In this document: one piece after another, positions 59,419 through 64,000 of the stretch | Numbering within the stretch: position 1 is the first letter of the stretch | Layout of the letters: each line of letters starts with the position of its first letter | Source of the DNA: Myxococcota bacterium | GTDB lineage: Bacteria; Myxococcota_A; UBA9160; UBA4427 | Direction of reading: 5' to 3' | Length of the DNA: 64,000 nt | NCBI GenBank assembly: GCA_036336835.1 | Contig: JAYZFK010000005.1 | Coordinates: 32,001-96,000 of the forward strand | Translations under genes and position numbers: made by a program | Notes under the pieces: model-generated | Databases searched by the model: none | The model's input: only the letters and a program-made list of their open reading frames with translations | What the model was told of the DNA's origin: nothing

Positions 59419-59557
59419 GAGGCGCTGCAACCGGCCCTCGGCTCAACAACTGGAGATCGATCTCGAGCGCGCTCACCGCGACAGACCCGACCGGCGGCGC
59501 GCTGGTTGGCGGAGTCCACAGCGCCGAGAGCAAGAACGTCATCATGGCCGACGCTGA

Positions 59558-59589
59558 AGTGGCACACATCCCAGTGGGTGTGTGACACT
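59558..59589. promoter_or_regulatory. Imperfect palindrome upstream of the His/Cys miniprotein, operator candidate
   Basis: AGTGGCACACATCCCAGTGGGTGTGTGACACT. Confidence 0.45.
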
Positions 59590-59620
59590 CGATATGGGTA
59601 CGACAGAGAGAGGAGACTCG

Positions 59621-59899
59621 ATGACGAGACTGACGACGACGCTCCTGACCGTATCGGCACTGATTGCCTTCGGTGCTGCTGCCCAGGCCGGCCATCACGA
59701 GAGCCACGAGGGGCACGAGGGGCACGACACGAAGGCAGCGCACGGCGAGCAGGTGGACCACGCTGAGTGCAACCACGCTGCCGACGAGCCCTGTCCCCAC
59801 CACGCCGACGGCGGGCAGTGCCCGCATCACTCCGGCAAGCAGTGCTCGCACACGGCCGAAAAGCCCTGTACCCACGGCGACAAGGAAGCGGGCTCGTAG
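59621..59899 (+). CDS. Secreted His/Cys-rich small protein (putative metal-binding)
   Basis: GAGGAG RBS, signal peptide ending AQA, 14 His and 5 Cys in the 69-aa mature part. Confidence 0.8.
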   Translation: MTRLTTTLLTVSALIAFGAAAQAGHHESHEGHEGHDTKAAHGEQVDHAECNHAADEPCPHHADGGQCPHHSGKQCSHTAEKPCTHGDKEAGS

Positions 59900-59945
59900 T
59901 CCGACTGCCCCCGACACACCCAGGATCGAGAGGAGCCGGCCCGGA

Positions 59946-60440
59946 ATGGCGCGCGGGGGGAGCCCCTTTCTTTCGCCCGAAGAAGTGCTCGCGCGCTTCA
60001 CGGGGGGCCCCAAGACGGGGGTCTTCACGGACGGCTCGTGCGAGGGCAATCCCGGCCCCGGTGGGTTCGGCTGGGTCTGGGTCGAGGCCAATGAGATCGT
60101 CGACTCCGGCCACGGCTACGACCCCCAGACGACCAACAACCGGATGGAGCTGGCAGCGCTGATCGCGGCGTACCGGAGGATCCCGCAGACCGAGGCGCTC
60201 ACCATCTACTCGGACTCGAAGCTGTGCGTCGATACGTTGACGCAGTGGGCCGCAGGCTGGGAGCGGCGCGGCTGGAAGCGCAAGAGTGGCCCGATCGCGA
60301 ACCTCGAGCTCGTGCGCGAGGCCTACGCGCTGTCGCTGGCCCACCCGCACGTGACGCTGCAGTGGATCAAAGCGCACGACGGATCACGCTGGAACGAGTA
60401 TGCCGACGCGCTTGCGACGACCTACCAGCGCGAGGCCTGA
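59946..60440 (+). CDS. rnhA: Ribonuclease HI
   Basis: FTDGSC.GNPGPGG, TTNNRMEL.A, SDS, W...GWK, WIKAH...NE.AD.LA. Confidence 0.93.
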   Translation: MARGGSPFLSPEEVLARFTGGPKTGVFTDGSCEGNPGPGGFGWVWVEANEIVDSGHGYDPQTTNNRMELAALIAAYRRIPQTEALTIYSDSKLCVDTLTQWAAGWERRGWKRKSGPIANLELVREAYALSLAHPHVTLQWIKAHDGSRWNEYADALATTYQREA

Positions 60441-60477
60441 CACGACCGAACCGCGAGCAGGGCCGGGGGCTTCGCGC

Positions 60478-61119
60478 TCACGGGGTCCGCGCCTCGAACC
60501 GATCGAAGTGGAGTGACTCCTCTACCGGCCGCCGGGGCGGACGGCCGTAGCGGCCAACCGGCCAGCCGATCGGGATCAGCGCGATGCTGGGCGTGTGCTC
60601 GGGATCGCGCCCGAGGTAGCTGTCGATCGCCTCGCCGTGAACCCGGTGCAGCATGGTGAGCGAGGCGCCGAGCCCGACGGCCCGGCAGGCGAGCAATACG
60701 TTCTGTGCGCAGGGGAACAAGGCCTGGGACTGCTCGATGCCGCGGCGTTTCCAGCCAGCGATGAACAGCTGAACCGGAGCCTCGTGCAGATGGGCTGCCA
60801 GATGCTGAGCAGAGCGGAGGTTGCGCTTCTTCTCCTCCGGAAATCGTGGATCCTCGTCCATCGCCCGCTGCGCGTTGGCCTGGTAGCCGGCCCACGCCCT
60901 GCCATAACGCTCGGCCAGCCACGCGCGGCGCTCGGGATCGGTCACCGCGACGAAGATCCACGGCTGTCGGTTGCCGCCAGAGGGCGCGAAGGTGCCGGCC
61001 TCGCAGACCTTGCGGACGAGCTCGGGCGGCACCGGATCGGGCTTCAGTCGCCGGATCGAGCGGGTGGTTCGGATGCCCTCGAGCAGGGGGACGTCCTCAC
61101 CGAGCCTGTCGACGTCCAT
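60478..61119 (-). CDS. Nitroreductase family protein
   Basis: RSIRR..PDPV, APSGGNRQPW.F, QN.LLA.RA.GLG, IGWP. Confidence 0.9.
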   Translation of the reverse strand: MDVDRLGEDVPLLEGIRTTRSIRRLKPDPVPPELVRKVCEAGTFAPSGGNRQPWIFVAVTDPERRAWLAERYGRAWAGYQANAQRAMDEDPRFPEEKKRNLRSAQHLAAHLHEAPVQLFIAGWKRRGIEQSQALFPCAQNVLLACRAVGLGASLTMLHRVHGEAIDSYLGRDPEHTPSIALIPIGWPVGRYGRPPRRPVEESLHFDRFEARTP

Positions 61120-61126
61120 GGCGACA

Positions 61127-62308
61127 CTAGTTCCCGGTCGAGATCGGCAGGTTTACATAGCCCTTCACGTGTGCCTGGTAGGTGCGGGTCAGACCGTCGG
61201 GGTCCACCTCGTAGTGCGGGAAGCGCGCGGCGATCTCCTCGAGCGCAATGCGCGTCTCGAGGCGGGCCAGACTCTTGCCGATGCAGACGTGGTGTCCGTG
61301 GCCGAAGTAGAGCTCGCGGTCGTGCTGACGCGTTACGTCGAAGCGGTCGGGATCCCGGTACTCGCGCTCGTCGCGGCAGGCGGCGCCCGTCACGAGGGCC
61401 ACGCGAGCACCCTTCGGAATCGTCACACCGTGCCAGGTCGAGTCCTCGAGCGCCACGCGCCCCTGGAACTGCGACGGCGCCTCGTAGCGCAGGATCTCCT
61501 CGATCGCGTTGGGAATGCGGTCGTAGTCGTCCCACAGCATCTGACGCTGCTCGGGGTGCCGCCAGAGCAGGTAGACCGCGTGGCCGAGCAGCTTGGCGGT
61601 GGTCTCCGCACCGGCAGCAGCGAGCAGCGTCGTGAAGGCACCGCACTCCTCCTGCGAGAGCTGCCGAATCTTGCCGTCGACGTCCTCGAACTCGGCCTCG
61701 GCAAGCACCGTGATCAGGTCCTCGCGCGGGCTGGTGCGCCGTTCGCTGATCAGCTTGCTCACGTACTCGCGCGAGCTCGTGAGGCCGAATGCGGCTTTCG
61801 CGTCGAGTCCACCGTCGGGATTGCGCTCGAGCCCCTTGTCGACCCACTGGCGGTACTCGTCGCGATCCTCCTTCGGAATTCCGAGCAGCACGCTGATCAC
61901 ATCCATCGGGAACTTGACCGCGAACTCCTGCTCGAAGTCGAACTCGCTGCACGTCGCTAGCGGCTCGAGATACTCCTTGGCGAGCCCGCGGATCTGGTCT
62001 TCCAGCGCCGCCATCCGGCGCGGTGTGAAGCCACGGCTGATCACGTTGCGCAGACGGGTGTGGCTCGGCGGATCCATGCCGATGATCGAGAACAGCGTGC
62101 CGTCCAGCTCTCCCCGGTTCTCGAGCGTGGGGCCGTAGGAAGAGCTCATCGTCTCCCAGTCGAGCGTGGCATCCCAGACATCGTCGAATCGGAAGAGCGA
62201 GTAGAAATCCATGTCCGGGTTGTAGCTGCACGGATCTTCGTCGCGGAAGTGCTTGTACAGCGGATACGGATCTTCCTGAAAGGGTCGCGAGTACGGCTGG
62301 TAGATCAT
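61127..62308 (-). CDS. Cytochrome P450
   Basis: DPPSHTRLR, AGAETT, EEILR, heme motif FGHGHHVCIG. Confidence 0.95.
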   Translation of the reverse strand: MIYQPYSRPFQEDPYPLYKHFRDEDPCSYNPDMDFYSLFRFDDVWDATLDWETMSSSYGPTLENRGELDGTLFSIIGMDPPSHTRLRNVISRGFTPRRMAALEDQIRGLAKEYLEPLATCSEFDFEQEFAVKFPMDVISVLLGIPKEDRDEYRQWVDKGLERNPDGGLDAKAAFGLTSSREYVSKLISERRTSPREDLITVLAEAEFEDVDGKIRQLSQEECGAFTTLLAAAGAETTAKLLGHAVYLLWRHPEQRQMLWDDYDRIPNAIEEILRYEAPSQFQGRVALEDSTWHGVTIPKGARVALVTGAACRDEREYRDPDRFDVTRQHDRELYFGHGHHVCIGKSLARLETRIALEEIAARFPHYEVDPDGLTRTYQAHVKGYVNLPISTGN

Positions 62309-62742
62309 CGGGTCACTCCGGTCGGAAGCTTCGTCTCTCCGAGTTCGATGACGTGCTTGAATTCATTCTTCTCGACCGGCACCACCGACAGTCGCGAGCG
62401 GCGCACCAGCTGCATGTCCGCGAGCTTGGGATCCGCCTTGATCGTAGCCAGCGTGACCGGTGTCTTCAGCGCCACGACCGGCGCGAAGTCGACCACCACC
62501 CAGCGCTCGTCGTCGGTCGTCGGGTCCGGGTACGCCCGCTTCTTCACCCGCGCGACGCCGACGATCTCCTTGCCCTCGTTCGAGTGGTAGTAGAGGGCGA
62601 GGTCCCCTTTGCTCATCGCGGCGAGATTGTTGCGAGCCTCGTAGTTGCGAACTCCGTCCCAGTAGGTCCACTTGTCCCGGACAAATTGCTCCCACGAGTA
62701 CTTGTTCGGTTCCGATTTCACGAGCCAATAGGATCGACCCAT
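62305..62742 (-). CDS. EVE domain protein
   Basis: YWL.KSEP, WDGVRNY.ARN, GD....YHS, YPDPT, SRLSV.PV. Confidence 0.92.
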   Translation of the reverse strand: MGRSYWLVKSEPNKYSWEQFVRDKWTYWDGVRNYEARNNLAAMSKGDLALYYHSNEGKEIVGVARVKKRAYPDPTTDDERWVVVDFAPVVALKTPVTLATIKADPKLADMQLVRRSRLSVVPVEKNEFKHVIELGETKLPTGVTR

Positions 62743-62777
62743 CGATATCTCCTGGAAGGCCGCGGTATTCTACTGGA

Positions 62778-63680
62778 ATGGTGGCAGTCGAAGCGTACGG
62801 TCGGTCGACGGTATTGATCGGGCCGGATCGCGGGCGGTACCCGGATGGGAACTCGCTGCTGGTGCGGGGCAGCGAGCAGACCGTGCTGGTCGATCCATCA
62901 CTCGGGGTGCGCGGCCGGCGGGCGGAGCTCGAAGAGGTCGACTGGTGTCTTCTCAGCCACTGCCACGAGGACCACATCGCTGGGCTCGACCTGTTCGGCG
63001 ACCGCCCGTTCCGGCTGCACGAGGCGGATGCGCCCGGGATCCGCTCGCTCGAGGCACTCCTCGCGATCTACGGCTTTCCGCCCGAGATCGAGGCGCCGTT
63101 TGCCGAGGTGCTGACCGGGCAGTTCCACTACAGGCCGCGCTCCGATGCCGAGACCTTCGTCGACGGCGCGGTGTTCGATCTCGGAGGTGTCCGAGTGCGC
63201 GTCGTGCACAGCCCGGGCCACACCCGGGGCCACTGCTGCTTCCTGATCGAGGACGCCGGGGACGAAGGTCCCCTGCTCTACCTCGGCGACATCGACCTCT
63301 CGAGCTTCGGCCCCTACTACGGCGATGCCTGGAGCGACCTCGAGGATTTCGAGCGAAGCCTGGCCCTGGTCCGCGACATCGAGGCGCGCTGGTACGCGAC
63401 CTTCCACCACATCGGTGTCCTCGAGCGAGAGGCCTTTCTCGAGCGCCTCGACCGCTTCGAGGCCGTGATCGCGAGCCGCGAGCAGCGCCTGCTCGAGTAT
63501 CTCGCAGAGCCGCGTACGCTCGGGGAGATCGCCACCCACCGCTTCGTCTACCGGCCGCAGGACGAGGTGCCGTTCGCCGAGGCCGTCGAGCGCCGGAGCA
63601 TGGGCCAGCATCTGGCCCGGCTCGAGCGCCAGGGCCGCGTCAACCAGCCCGAGCCGGGCCGATTCCAGGCCGCGGCCTGA
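62778..63680 (+). CDS. MBL-fold metallo-hydrolase
   Basis: SHCHEDH, PGHT.GH, GDIDL..FGP.YGD. Confidence 0.88.
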   Translation: MVAVEAYGRSTVLIGPDRGRYPDGNSLLVRGSEQTVLVDPSLGVRGRRAELEEVDWCLLSHCHEDHIAGLDLFGDRPFRLHEADAPGIRSLEALLAIYGFPPEIEAPFAEVLTGQFHYRPRSDAETFVDGAVFDLGGVRVRVVHSPGHTRGHCCFLIEDAGDEGPLLYLGDIDLSSFGPYYGDAWSDLEDFERSLALVRDIEARWYATFHHIGVLEREAFLERLDRFEAVIASREQRLLEYLAEPRTLGEIATHRFVYRPQDEVPFAEAVERRSMGQHLARLERQGRVNQPEPGRFQAAA

Positions 63681-63701
63681 GCGGAACGCCGCCGCGGCCT
63701 G
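63666..63701 (+). terminator. GC-rich hairpin spanning the stop codon of the MBL gene
   Basis: Perfect 11-bp inverted repeat CAGGCCGCGGC / GCCGCGGCCTG, with no U-tract. Confidence 0.3.
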
Positions 63702-63786
63702 CGGTGTCTGCGCTTGATCCACGAGCGAATGGCGCGATAATTCCGCGCCCGATGCAATCCCGCCCCTGACACCCGGAGGTCCGACG

Positions 63787-64000
63787 ATGTCCGAAGGCGC
63801 CGAAGCGCAGATCGAGCAACACAGCCGCCTGTGCAGCGAGCTGATCAACGAGGTCGGCAAGCTGCTGGTCGGGCAGGGATCAATGGTCTCGCGCCTGCTG
63901 ATCGGGCTCCTCTCGGGCGGACACGTCCTCCTCGAGGGCGTCCCGGGGCTGGCCAAGACGCTCGCCGTTCGCAGTCTCGCGCGCGCCATCGACACCGGCT
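63787..64000 (+). CDS. MoxR-family AAA+ ATPase, 5' part (truncated by window)
   Basis: GGAGG RBS, VGQ....LL.GLL.GGHVLLEGVPGLAKT. Confidence 0.9.
   Translation, partial: MSEGAEAQIEQHSRLCSELINEVGKLLVGQGSMVSRLLIGLLSGGHVLLEGVPGLAKTLAVRSLARAIDTG

Noticed and set aside
59560..59576. TGGCAC as a sigma54 -24 box before the His/Cys miniprotein
   Set aside because: There is no GC at the -12 position (GG-N10-AG).
59621..59899. Multiheme cytochrome c interpretation of the Cys/His protein
   Set aside because: The motifs are single C-x-H, not CxxCH.
1..64000. CRISPR arrays, tRNA/rRNA genes, transposases, integrases, defence islands
   Set aside because: No regularly spaced repeats, tRNA-like cloverleafs or mobile-element motifs were seen by eye. 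A tRNAscan/Rfam run would be needed to exclude small RNAs formally.

Overview
A 64 kb, very GC-rich (about 68-70% by eye) and gene-dense bacterial chromosomal segment. It holds about 80 protein-coding genes and no recognisable rRNA, tRNA, CRISPR array, IS element or prophage. The gene mix points to a Myxococcota/Deltaproteobacteria-like heterotroph (inference only): PEP-CTERM protein, RegB/RegA, CcmC, F420-type oxidoreductases, P450s, acyl-CoA enzymes and type-2 PyrF. Housekeeping genes (ilvD, pyrE, pyrF, tgt, rnhA, egtB, ccmC) are interspersed with lipid/xenobiotic catabolism, a small glycosylation cluster and many GNAT/SAM/MBL/hydrolase genes. Most long ORFs in the supplied track are antisense shadows. 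The best signals missed or hidden by the ORF track are: (1) a CxxU Rdx/SelW-type selenoprotein with an in-frame UGA and a SECIS-like hairpin (45606-45824, minus); (2) a DapF homologue with both catalytic Cys replaced by Ser, in an operon with ccmC and an unannotated ccmD; (3) a secreted His/Cys miniprotein with five periodic C-x-H motifs behind a palindromic operator-like site; (4) a 43-aa protein that is nearly half Lys/Arg; (5) a sigma54 promoter with inverted-repeat enhancer candidates before a PEP-CTERM gene; (6) an orphan ParB-like protein. All calls come from reading motifs, not from database searches. Starts were chosen from RBS and overlap logic.
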